NCBI GenBank assembly: GCA_010909165.1
Contig: MU008155.1
Coordinates: 868,001-932,000, forward strand
DNA from: Anthoceros angustus
Lineage: Eukaryota > Plantae > Anthocerotophyta
Length of the DNA stretch: 64,000 nucleotides
Direction: 5' to 3'
The notes beneath the pieces are model-generated. The model was given only the letters and a program-made list of their open reading frames with translations, did no database searches and had not been told where the DNA came from. Of this stretch, positions 38,371-50,120 are shown one piece after another (within the stretch, counting starts at the first letter, position 1; each line of letters starts with the position of its first letter). The position numbers and the translations under genes were made by a program.

Positions 38371-41300
38371 GCGGGGTAACAAATGAGAAGGGAGTATGTA
38401 AGCGATCTAGTCTCGGAAACCCCCTGATGTGCCAAGTGAATTTTTTTTGTTTTTTTGGTGGTGTGAAAATAAGTCAGTTGGATGAGGCAAAGGTATTTAT
38501 AGTAAAAATGTCCTTGGCCTATGGAGTTTGTTAAACGCTGCGATGCCCGCCGAGGGTTGGGAAACCATCCGCAACCAACCACTCAATGGCCAATGGTTCC
38601 GATATTGGCCCCGCGCCATTCGAGAAATGGGGAATAGATTTTGTTGGTCCCATGCCCAAAACGAAGACGCGACAAAACCAATACATCCTCGTGGCCACCG
38701 ACTATTGCACGCCAGATGGTGGAAGCAAGCACCAGTGTAGACATACATGTAGTGGCCAGTTCCTCTATGAATGATTATCACTGACATATGGTCCTTGAGC
38801 TTGCCACAGAGGGTCACATTTCCAACGGTTATATCTCATATGACGATCTACTTCAACGTCGCCAGAAAACGACTCCTTATAATCCCAAGGCAAATGGCTT
38901 AACGAGAATGGGCTCTTGTGGGATCCTCAACAAACTAACGGTGGAATACGCGACCGGGATCTTTCACTCCGCCCGCATACAGGATCGCAGAAAATAACAA
39001 CGCAACAAACACCGTACTACCTCACCTCGGCCATTCTCCTAAGAATGCCTATTGAGTTTGAAATTCCCACTGCGATCCGTGAAACTAACCGCATGGCGGT
39101 GGGGAAAGTCACCGAACGGGTTTTCGCTAAACATACAGAGGATAGGAATGGTTGAGCGCGTGATATTCAAACGGAAAATATGGCATGACAATCGTGAAGC
39201 AAGAGTGGGTAGTTCCGTGACTTGGCCTGCACAATAGGTATATGCACTTTCCGAAGCTCCACCTTCATGGATGGGGCCATATAGAGTTCTCAAGTCTTCA
39301 CCAATGGCTCGCATAGACAAGCAAGAGTTAGGTGGACTCCACTACCAACCGAGTCAATGGGTGGAGGATCAAGAAGTATTATATAAGTTGGCGAGGACGC
39401 CAACAAATGAGAAGGGAGTATGTAAACGATCTAGTCTCGGAAACCCCTAAATGTGCCGAAGTTTTTTTGTTTTTTTGGAAGAGTGGTGTGAAAATAAGTC
39501 GATTGATGAGGGGTATATTATAGTAAAAATGTCCTTGGCCTATGGAGTTTTTTTGTTTTTAGGTTAGAAAATAAATGGTCCGGAAGTGTTCCTTGGCCCA
39601 TGGACTTGGATATCCACTAAAAAGGTCTATATATGTGAGGGTTGGTTAATTAGGGGTTTGTCAGTCTGGGGCTGGAGTTTGGGCGTAGTTGAAGGTGAGA
39701 GAGGTTGTGGAATGGGATGGTGAGGCGTCGTGAAGGCGACGGTGAGTAGGAAGCCGGAACTTAACCCTAAAACCGGGTAGATCCCGTTCAAAGCGGGCCT
39801 GTGGTGGGCCAGCGAGGCGGAGGCAGCAGGGGCCGAGCGTCGAGCTACATGCGGTTCAGTCTGCGGAGAGGCGGAGGCATACCTGGAGGAGAGCTCAGAA
39901 CCCTCACCGTGACCCAGGCAGAAGGGCGGCCTTGTGGCCGCGGGAGGAGGTAGGAACAGGACGGCTGACCACACAGGAATTTGCAAGTCTCACCTTGGTA
40001 GGGCCGAGGCTCTGGAGGATGGCGCCCAAAGTCACGGTGAGATTGTTGCTCAATGGCCAAACATGGATCATTGGAAAGTCAGTGGGAATTGGTGAAGGGC
40101 GGGGCTTTTCATGGAGAAGCGGTGGAATTACGTGAACTTGGGGCAGTGCAGTGTGCTCGCCACCTAAAGACAAGCAGTCAGGCGAGGAATTAGAAGCCGA
40201 GTTGGGACTGGAATTGGTTAGGGAAGTGTATGGTGAGCAGGAGGAGGCGGTGGTTTGGTGATGGGAACCTTCTCGGAAAAGAACACAGCAGGTGCACCGC
40301 CACTGGTTTGAGGCGGGAACAATGGTTGTGAGATTGTAGCGCGATTGATGGAGTCGGCCGGATGGCTCCTATGTTTCCTGCAGCACAAGAAGCGAGGATT
40401 ATTTGTCGACCACTTGCTGTTCCTCCATGAAGTTGTCAAGGCGAAAATCGATTGAGGGCGAATTCTCTTTACAAGTTATGTGAAGAGGTTGAACACGATT
40501 TCTCCTGCCTCGACCCTCTCTAATTTCACCATTTCTGGTCCATCTTTATGCGCATGCTAACCGCCGCGGTGGAGTGTGGCCTCCCTTCGCATGTGGAAGC
40601 AGGTTAGGAGGTGAAATGGGAGGCGGAGGAGCCCAAGGAGGAAATCGAGGAGAAATTGGATAGCTGGGGTCCGTGGCGGCAGGCCCAGTTTAGAGGAAGA
40701 AGGAATCTCTAGCAAAGGAGGAAGACCGGGGTGGCGGTAGATCTAAAAGGTGAAAGTGGGCCAGCGTCACCAATCGGTTATGTGCATGTTCACCGAAAAT
40801 AAGAATAAGCAATGATTGAGGTGGCGTAAGAGGAGGCGTTAGGGAAGACAATTTTGCGACCGGATCTTGGATGATGAACCAAGCGGGCGCGACTTTCACC
40901 GGGGCCAGCCGGCGCACAATCCCGTGTCGTTGTAGGAGTCCGCTCTAAGAGAATGAAAAGCCTGGCTCCGTTGCCGCGTTTCGACCGATTTCGTTAGGCT
41001 CGCTTTGGCTTAGCATGATCGCGCTTTTCAGATCACTAACTACTCTCATAACGTTTCACCAAGCAGCCCGATTAATGGCCAAGCGTTTAAGGACCGTTTG
41101 CGTCCAGTGCTCGTTCCGCGTCACTGGTCGTTCCTCTCATCACTCTCCTCGCTCATCAACCTTGGAAAAGAGCGCGAAGTACACGGTCCGGACCTCCTCC
41201 GTTGCTCAGCAGGGGCCTCTCGTCCGGGCTCTGCCGCCCTCGGGTTCCTCCGGCTCACATGCGTTCGGTCCGCTCGGCCAGCGGGCGGCTGCAGGCGAAC

Positions 41301-41499
41301 CACGGGTCCCCGATCGCTCTTGCACACCACCACACGTTAGGGTCCGTCACGGGACCTTGATCGATCTCTCCGGGGGTGCACCTTTCGATGACTCGGGACT
41401 CACGTTAGCATGAAGACACACAAAGGTCTCAAGAAACGCATCAACACCAAGAAGATGATTTATTGGCTCGGCCCTCTTATACTCGCCCAAGTCGGCGTC

Positions 41500-44400
41500 T
41501 TTATTACCCTATTACGGTGGTGGCCAGCTCGATGCATGTCGACGCCTACCATCCTATTCCTCCTCCTATCTCCTTCGTCGGCGGTGGGCACAGGAAGGTC
41601 ACAGGTTCCGTCTGTTGGTGGTCAATCTCCCGTCACAGTTCGGCGCGCACCCAATCGGATGATCCGGCGGGCCCTCTTCCGGAATCACATCGGGTTGGGC
41701 TCGTGGCGGTCGGCGGCCGCCGTTACCACGTCGTCCCCAGCCCCGGTGGGTCCCCTCCGGTAGAACCACGTGCTCGTGGTCGGAGGGACTCCTCGCTTCT
41801 GAGTCCGGACCTCGAGTCGGTCTCGACTCCGAGTCTGAACTTGAGTCGCCTTATTCGAGTCCGGTCTGCTGGTCGGTCTCATCTCAGGGTTCGGACCTCG
41901 GTCAGAACTGTCGGTCCGGTCCCCAAGCTCCGGACCCCTTGTCTGCGGACCTCTTCTTGCTGGGTCCTCATCCTACCCAGACCCTTGTCTTGGGTCGGGT
42001 TGGCTCTCCTTCGCCCCTTCGGGGCCGCCTCTATCCTCCCGGCGGGTTGCGGTGGACTTACCACGAGATCCGTTGTATTGCGCGTCTGCTCCTCCTGAGG
42101 CTCTTCTCCCCAGCGTCGTCTCCAAGCAGGGGCCACTAGGGTCCCGTCTTGTCCCCATGCCCTTCATCCCCCAGGCCTTAGTCCGTCCATGTGTGGTGAG
42201 AGGCTTCAATGCCTTAAGGCTCGGCGTGGTAGTAGGCAAAATCCGAGTCAATTCTTTGGATTGCCTCTTCCACATGTGCCGGAGCACCGATACTCCTTCG
42301 CCATTGGTGCTCGGAGGCGTCTTTGTCTTTGGACCATCTGCCAGTTCGGCTGGGCGGGCCGAATCTCGCGAGGCCACAAGGCGCCTCGGTCACCTCCACC
42401 TTGTTGTTGCTCACTTTGCTCCGGCTCCGTCGTTTCCTGCTGCGGCTTACACCGCCATAGCGCGGCGCTCCTTCCGCCTTCCTTATGGACCAGCGGCTTC
42501 TTTTACGCGTCCGGTGCTCTCGCTCCCGTTTATACGGTTAGCTCGCCATCTCCCTCTCAGCGGTCGGGCAACTCTGCCCGGTGCCGCCGAGTCCTTCTCC
42601 ATTTCGGCGTCCTGCTCCTGTTCCATCGCCTTACCTCCTCCGTCGCCAGCAGTGGGCCGTATCTCTAGTTCGTGATCGTGATCACGCCTGCGATACCATT
42701 CCTCTCAATGGTAACTTGGGCTGACTCGAGTCTCTTGCGGTCTTCCATCTCCACGCATTGCTCCACCTCGCATGGCGAGTCAGGAGATCCTCCATCTCCT
42801 TGTCGCGGGCTTCCTTCTCGGCATGGTGGCCCTGCTCCGCCGCCTCCTGCTCCTTAGTTAGCGGCTATCCTGTCTCCCTCCACGGTTCGATCACGCCGAT
42901 AGTGATCGCGGTCGATCTTAGCTGACTTCCGCCTCCCGCCGCCTTCACACAGGCCCGACTTGGTCGGTCGGTAGGCCGCCTCGGCCCGGTCGCGAGCCTT
43001 CTCGCTTGCCGGGCCTCCTCTGCCTCCTACTACCTCTCACTGCAGGTCTTGACCGCTTGGGCCTCCTGCTGCTTGCTCACCCGGTGAAGAATTTAGTCGT
43101 CTGTCGAATGGACGGACTTCCCTTCGGCCTCCGGCGTTTCCCTTCTTGATGCGGAGGCCGCCTTCCTCCTCGCCTCTGGGCCGCCTCAAGCCTCTGGAGG
43201 AGCACCATCGCCTCTGGTGGCTTCTACTTCACAGGTCTTCTCGGGCATCCGCGAGACCCCAACATCTGATCCATGTGGCAGGACCATGTCTCTTCCACGG
43301 CCGCCAGTGGTGAGACCCCAAAAGTCCGTAGTGGGGCGGGCATCTCACGGTCCGAGGACCTCCACCGATCCGGGAAGTCGGTGGGTTCTCGGACCTAATC
43401 AGGCCCTTAGGTCACGATTGCGAGTGGGGCTTCACCTCCTCCTTGGCCCTCTTGGCGCCAATTCCTTATTCGCCCTCTTAGTCACAGGGCTCGGAGGGTG
43501 AGGGGTTCGAGGCGGCCCCTTGCCTCTCCCAGTCGGCGGGGGGCTCCAGTGGGGTTCTTGCGGTGACCCCTGCTCCTTGGGCGGCGTCCCTTTACGCTCT
43601 TCTCACGCCTCTTGACCTCTTGCCACTCCCGTGGGCGGGCGACCTGAGCACCGCTGGTGCGTTGGATGGCACCGTCTTCCGCCTCTTGATTGCCGGAGTT
43701 CGTCAGGCTCCTCTCTTGCCGTTGTGGGTGGTGGGAAATTGTTGGGTCGGGCCGTCTCTGCTGCCTTGGTGCTCGGCGGGGGCACGAGGAGGGCGGGGAT
43801 ATCTTCCACTTCCCTAGGTGGTGAGGGTCCGTTCAGACGTGGTCGGTATCCCTTCGATCGTCCTCCTCCGGACCCGTTTGGCCCTAGGGGTGGGCCTCTA
43901 CCTCAGGCGCCTTTGCCGCTCTTACAGTAGGGCCGCCAACCCTTTCGGGCGCCGCTCTACCTCCCCATCCTTGAGGGAGTCGTAATGTCCCCATACATGG
44001 ATCGGGTATGGGGATAGTCGAAGCGGGCTTCTCGCTCCTCGACTGCGGGCCTCACAGGCTGAACGGCGAAGATGATCCTTCCGTCGCCCTCTTGCCCCAG
44101 CTGCAGCGCGGGAACACCACAAATTATCACCAAGGTGATCCACCTTGGTGAGCAAGTTCGATGGACAATGATCAGACTCCCTCACCTCACATCCGGTCCG
44201 TATCAACCGGTAGTTGGTTGTCATTGCGTTCGGGCTTGACGCCGCCCTTGCGCCTCTATCTTTCCCTCGCCTTGAGGGGCTGCGGGACTCGCCCTCCTCC
44301 TCGTTGGGCGGTTGTAAGCCGCCCTCGGGACCTCAAGGTCCATCTCACAGGATCCTCCGGAGGTTCTTGGACGAACCTCCTTGTTGGCGCCAACATCTTG

Positions 44401-45000
44401 AGCGAACTCCGGACGGTGACTCTTGTCAAGCGTCAGACTGACTGGAACACGTCTAAGTGCCACTCTTGACTAATCCTCCGCCTCCTCCATGGCCCAAAGT
44501 CCGGATAGCGCGGGTTACAATGCGCTCTACCGGGTTCCATGGCTCCCATACCTCATGACCTTCTTGGGTCCCATCGCCTTCTTCTCCTTTTCTTGGCGAT
44601 TGCACGAGGCGGCGGCACGATCGCCCTCTTGTGCGTTGCTCCAACCTCAGCGGTGAGCAGATGCTGGCGTTCAAGAGATAGCGCCCGGAGGGGCGGGTTG
44701 CGGGCGCAAGAGGCTGCGGTGTCTCGGTCGCCTGAGAAATGACCCTCCTCGTCGGCCGTTGGAAATAACGGCTGGGCGGAGGTGCCTCTTCCTGTCATGG
44801 CGCGGAGGTGCATGGCTTACTCGACCTTACGCCGCGTACTGCGGCCTTCTGTTGCCGCCCGATCCAGGGCGTGAATACACCTTATAACGGCCCCGGCAGT
44901 CGGTCTGGCACTGCATGCCGACCTCCACTCGGGGCCGTCCGCGTGGCGCGCTCGATCCTCCGACTCAACTTCTTTACTTTCCTGGCGTACTTATCTGTTT
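41500..45000 (-). pseudogene. Degenerate gag-like ORF of another retroelement (multiple zinc-knuckle remnants, long charged/coiled-coil tail)
   Basis: Minus-strand fragments TDKYARKVKKLSRRIE (~44990), TGCEVR..SDHCP (~44195), LWCSR(C) (~44120), IHVWGHY (~44000), and an E/R/A-rich stretch at 42600-43200. Boundaries approximate. Confidence 0.45.
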
Positions 45001-45099
45001 GACGGGTGGGGTCCGGACTTATCCGTACCGGTGCGGTCGGAGCTCGTCATAGTAGTGGAATGATTACCTACTCGGAGTATACTCCGGGAGTCAGGAGCA

Positions 45100-48000
45100 C
45101 CATCATTATTCCTCCTTTCCTTGTATTTTACTGGGACCTCTGAAAAAACAAAACCCACTTATTTCCTAACCCCCAAAGAGTAGTAGCCCACACCAACCCA
45201 GGAGGAATTCAGGGCTGACCTCGGGAGGCGGACCCCTCCTCGGCATGGGAAGAGATTGTCGAGGACTCCACTGCAGCAGCGAGAGAGGTGGGATCACGTG
45301 CCCGACTGGTGAGGGTGCGACGCACTTTGTTGGCCGAAGGTGCTCGGCGAGGGGGATGGCGTCGATCGCGGGGCCGCCCTGTGGTGGAGTATAGGAGTCA
45401 TGACCCACATCGATGATCAAGGCCCAAAAGCGGTTGTTGGATCAATGCTGGCCCGGCCTCCCCACATATTTCAGTCATGTGCAAGGCGGCGGGAGGAAGT
45501 GGTGAGAGAGCTGTGCCCCGGTTTGGCCAGAAGAGGAAATGGCCCGGTATATGCAAGCTGGAGAAGACAAGAGCGGGCCTTGAGGAAATAAGGGCCAAGG
45601 TCGAGGGAGGATTTGTCTTGTGAGGCCAGAAGTTGCAGACCATGACGGCAGAGGCGCTCATGGCTCAAATTAGAGATGCCTACGAGGCGAACCGGGGAGA
45701 TCTGGGGGGAGTTGTTGCGAGCAGGCGGGAGGCGGCCTCGGTGGAGAAGGCCCATAAGCTGGCGGAGCAGGTATAAGCAGGAGGCGGGATGAGGCACGTG
45801 GCCGTAAAGCGAAAGACAAAGGGAAGGCGAGGCGGGACCACGGTAGGGTAGTGGAAGGAACTGCGAGGAAAGGAAGCGACAACAGGGTAGCGAGCACCTA
45901 CCAGGGCTTTACGTGGAGACTTGACGGTCGTGGGTCCACTGCGGTGATGGAGGCTACCGAGGCATTGGCGCACTGGTCTGAGCGGTCAAGGAGGCGCGAA
46001 CCTTGGACGCTGACAGCGCCCGCAGGACATGGACTAGCAATGTGAATGGTGTAGCCTATGGGAGGAGGTCCGGAGGACCTATTGCAAGTGAGGACCCGTG
46101 GATACTTCTACCATTGCGCAGAGTATGGGGTTGGCCCCTGTTATGCGGAGGCGACTTTGGAGGAGTTAAGTGAGGAGGAGGTCCGAGGCTTGGGTGGATA
46201 AAGGGCAGTAATAATCCTCGGCCAATGGCGGCAAGCGGAAGGCGGGAAACTCAGGCGAGTATACCTCAAATTAGGGCGTCCAGTGGCAGTGAGGTGGAAG
46301 TATTGTGGGAAAACCTTGTCGGATCGGTGGCCTTGGCGGGAGGGCTCGTGGCGGCGGCAATGGAGGCAAGGGCCGGGCGGCCAAGTGAGGAGAAGGCCTT
46401 GGCGAGTAATAGCATCCTAAGGATAGATTTGGTTAGGATGCTGCACTGGACCTAAGGCAGCTCCGAATTGTGGGCGCGTCCTTCACGATAACCATCTTAG
46501 GACCTAAAATCCGGGCATGGCGCCCCAGGGTGTATAAGAGGGGCGTATGCCTTGAATAATTTGGTTGAGATCCCCGCGCTGCTGGCTGGTTGGGCGTCCA
46601 ATTAACGGAGGGGTGTATGCGAGGCGCTCCTAGGAATGGTCGAGAGCTTGCTCCGCGACTGGAGGGGGAAGGGCGATCGGGCGTCTTTGAGGACCAAGGG
46701 GAGGCAAGGGTTGGGCGGGTCTGGAGCTTGCTCGTAACGCCTGCTGTGTCGCTCTGGGCTCTTCTCCGCGCTTCTGCTTTTCTCGCTAGGTTGTAATTGA
46801 GGAATTAGGTGCAGTGTGGTGGTGCTGTGGGGCGGATCAAGAGGGAGAGAGAGAGGAGGTGAGGCGGATTGGGGAGGAGATTAGAAATCAGCGCGATGCG
46901 AGGTGCTGAATCGTGAGTGGGGAAAGGGAAGAGAAGAGCAGTGGAGAGGTCACACGGTGGGAATTGGTGTGTGAAATCGCCAATTGAGCGGTCTTGTCAC
47001 GAAGGAAGTGCGCATGGGGAGCAGTGTTCTGGAGGAAATAAGGTGGTGTGGCGCCTTGTGTGTGTGTGTGTGTGGATTGGGTGTGGGGGCCTAGGAAAGC
47101 GCTGGTCTCCAGTGTGGATTGAGGTGTCTAGGAATCCATAGGGGGGCGGGCATGAGTGGAGTAGAATAACATCCGGTTCTGGTGGGACAACCCGGTAGTA
47201 AAGATTCCCCAGGTGAGGCAGATGGTCGCTAGGGTTTGGTGTGGGACCCACCTGGGTGATCGTCCCACTACAGTAGTGGTGGACTGCAGCGGTAGTAGAG
47301 CGGAAGCAGTGGTGGGGAGTTAGATCCAGAGTAGTTGGACAAGGCGGAGGTAGTAGTAGTTGGTAGATGGGTGAGAGGTGGTGGCGGGTGAAACCACGAC
47401 TTAGGCAAGGTGGTGATAGAAGATAGATCTCTTGGCACAAACCATTCCCTTGGGAGGCGAATCCAGGACTGTGACATTGAGGGGTGAATGTGGACCTCAC
47501 GTCTCGAGGACGAAGCCATACCCCATGCACGCCAGAGAGGGAAATTCCTGAGGGGACCCAAGAGAATAGCAGGTGTCTTGGTGCGAATCAGGAACCTACT
47601 CACTGCTTTTTCCTTTCCCCAACCCATTTGCCTCCAACCGCCAGATCAGGTTCTAATTCCCAAGGATAGGGTGCAGTCCAGGCTCAAGGGGAGTCTGTGG
47701 TGGCCCAAGTGAGGCCTGTGGCTCCAAGAGAGGTCTGCTTAAGCCCCGAGAGGAGGAGGATCTGTGGGAATATCTTTGGCTATGCTGGCATGAAGGAGGG
47801 TCTGAAGAAAAGGGGTGGAGCGAAATGCTGTGAAGGAGAGTCTAGGAAGTGGTGGAGCGCGAGTCCGGAAACGCGAAATGAGGTTAAGGTTAATAGAATT
47901 GTGGGGTCGGGAGGAAATCAGCGGCGGGTGAGCGTGCCACGACGCGTGCGGGGCCATGGTGTGCATCCACCGATTGAGCTCGGGTGTGAATCCACATGAG

Positions 48001-48617
48001 TGTGACTTGGTGTACATGTGCAACTTGTGTGCAGGACCATAGCTCCCACCCAGCGAGCAGCGAAACTGCTGAACCGCCAAATAGTCGATCGCGCGCGGAG
48101 CAGGGTCTCAAAGGTCGAACCACCACCGCGGCTGCCGAATCCCACCACGCGTATGAACCGACGGCGCGCGGAACTCACCACGCATGTGAAGAACTGGTCA
48201 CGCATGGTACGGTATGGAATTCCACCACGGCGGTGGCGGAATTCCATCACTTCCGCCGCAAGGGCGAAACTCATCACTTCGCTGTGGCGGAACCCACCTC
48301 ACGCGGTGGCATATGAACTCAATACTTAATGGCGTATGAACTCCATCACTTGCCGGTGGTATGAACTCACCACGGCGGTGGCGGAACTCATCACTACGGG
48401 TGGCTTAACCTTATTACGCGGTCATTAACCACACGGCCGTGGGTTCCTTGGCTACCTGTGAAAGGTTGATTACATTTGGGTAGGAACTAATTGTAGGAGG
48501 ACTAGAACTATAGTTTTGGAACATCTTGACACAAACCATTCCTTGGGACTCCGAATCCAGGACTATAACGACAAACGCGGGCCTCCTTATGCTCTCGATG
48601 CAAACACCCATTCCATA
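45100..48617 (+). repeat. Diverged family A-like LTR (with an unrelated ~0.8-kb insert at ~46700-47476), followed by a PBS-like sequence
   Basis: 45740-46660 resembles 8360-8990. 47525-48617 resembles the reverse complement of 59211-60150 and ends CCCATTCCATA, followed by TTTTAAGCGCCTGGCCGG (degenerate Asp PBS). The start is approximate. Confidence 0.6.
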
Positions 48618-50120
48618 TTTTAAGCGCCTGGCCGGCCGGGAGTGAAACCGCTGGTCGATTGTAGGAAGACTAACCATAGGCTTGCGTCTAGTTTTAGTGT
48701 TTATCCGCTTGCAGATGGATGCTAATGAGTTGAGTTGGAGGATCGTAGTCAAGCTCGAAGGAAGACCCCTCAAGGCAAAGCGACAAACAACAGTTTAATC
48801 GAGAAAGGGGTTGGAAAAAAGGTTGCTACAACCTGAACTGCGGAAGACCCACCCAAGGCGACTACCGGAAGGAGAAAAGGAAGTGCTTAATCAACCGGCC
48901 CGGGTGCGATCTTGTTGGAGCAAGTTCCCCAATCCCTAGTTTTGGACGTCAGGTACCACTACCATGGACCTTGGACCAACTCTGTCTTTCGACTTTCAGT
49001 TGCGCATGGTCGCTGTTTCCAACCATCTCCTGCAGTGCAACGCCGGCCGTCGGGAATCACCCACGGCCGCCGTATCCGCCCACGTTGCCATAAGTCCACG
49101 GGCCACAAGGCACTGGCCACCACTCAAGCAACCTTACTCATTGATGTAGAGGAGAAGGTATGAGGGATCCTTTACCACCGAATTTGTTGAAGCTTGAAAG
49201 GCATTGACATTTGCAAACTGTGAAGGGCTTATGCACAGCCGCATCTAACCTGCTCTCTAAGGAGTTCTTCGTAGGTCCAAGAAAGTGCTGTGGCATAAGT
49301 GAGTATTTCCCAGCCGCCCACACCTATAACCACCTTTTGGAAGAATTGAAAAACGCCTGTGGAGGAGGTTTAGGGGAATTACTTGACGGAGGTCATGGTG
49401 TGCAGTCCAAACTTGAGAGGTTGCAAAGAGAAAGGGAAGGAAACCTTGCAAAAGGAGTGTTGAGTAATTTCATGTTTTGCGCCGATCGAGAGTGGCCCTC
49501 ATTTCTAGAGCTGCAGGTTATACGGTGGTTCGCTATAAGGGCCTCAAAAGCAGACGGAAGACACGTGAAAGGCTGCGTTTTAGAAGAATTTGGGCAAAGC
49601 TATCAAGGCTGCAGTAATCACTATGAGGAATCTAACTCAGGAGATGAAGCCAATAAGAAGGACAGTGAAGAAGTCCAAAAACAAAAGGGAAACAGTAAAA
49701 GGGATTCCTCATCCTCCTGGGAGAAAGTTCTTTAGGAGAGGAGAGCTCCCTCGTAAGATTCATGAGGATTCCATGAGGAAAAAACGAAAGTGACACCCTG
49801 GGAGGAAGAGTCATCGATGAGGAGCGCTACTACAAAAAGAAGAAATCAAGGGGTGGAGGGTGGAAGGAAGAAGGGTCGATGCGGGAATGAGTCGGGCAAG
49901 GGCGTAAACAAGAGGCGCGCCAGATGCGTGAATGCTAGCAAGTGAAGGAGGCTGAGGCGTGCAGCCAAGAAAGTGCGGATACATCAGTAGGAAACCCGAT
50001 GGAGAGGATAGATTCCTCACAGACTATTATCCTCAGTCCGATGAGGAACATGTGATTATTCGGAGAGAGATATCTTCAGGCTGCAAAATACAAACCCTGT
50101 GGTCGTTCGGTGTAAACTGC

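Larger units (their letters stand above)
9021..40540 (+). mobile_element. Athila-like Ty3/gypsy element B (5' LTR from 9021, gag tail 15219-16169, pol 34922-38370, PPT, 3' LTR from 38397/39421), carrying element C
   Basis: LTR start TGTGAACGATCTAG at 9021 and ~10474 matches TGTAAACGATCTAG at 39421, which follows PPT ATGAGAAGGGAG. LTR homology runs to ~11720 and ~40540. The LTR 3' end and TSD were not resolved. Confidence 0.8.

Noticed and set aside
40963-40976. TGGCTCCGTTGCCG resembling an Asp PBS
   Set aside because: Not preceded by a CA LTR end and no sense gag follows; could not be assigned.
45050-45057. TAGTAGTG as a CACTA end
   Set aside because: No A/T-rich TIR extension or subterminal repeats; likely chance.
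46995-47476. Possible 482-bp solo LTR with TGTCAC...GTGACA termini
   Set aside because: Flanks GGTCT and TTGAG do not form a TSD and there is no second copy in the window.
11500-47500. Numerous 60-250 aa Pro/Ser/Leu-rich ORFs, mostly on the minus strand
   Set aside because: Shadow frames of purine-rich, GC-rich LTR sequence with no domain motifs.
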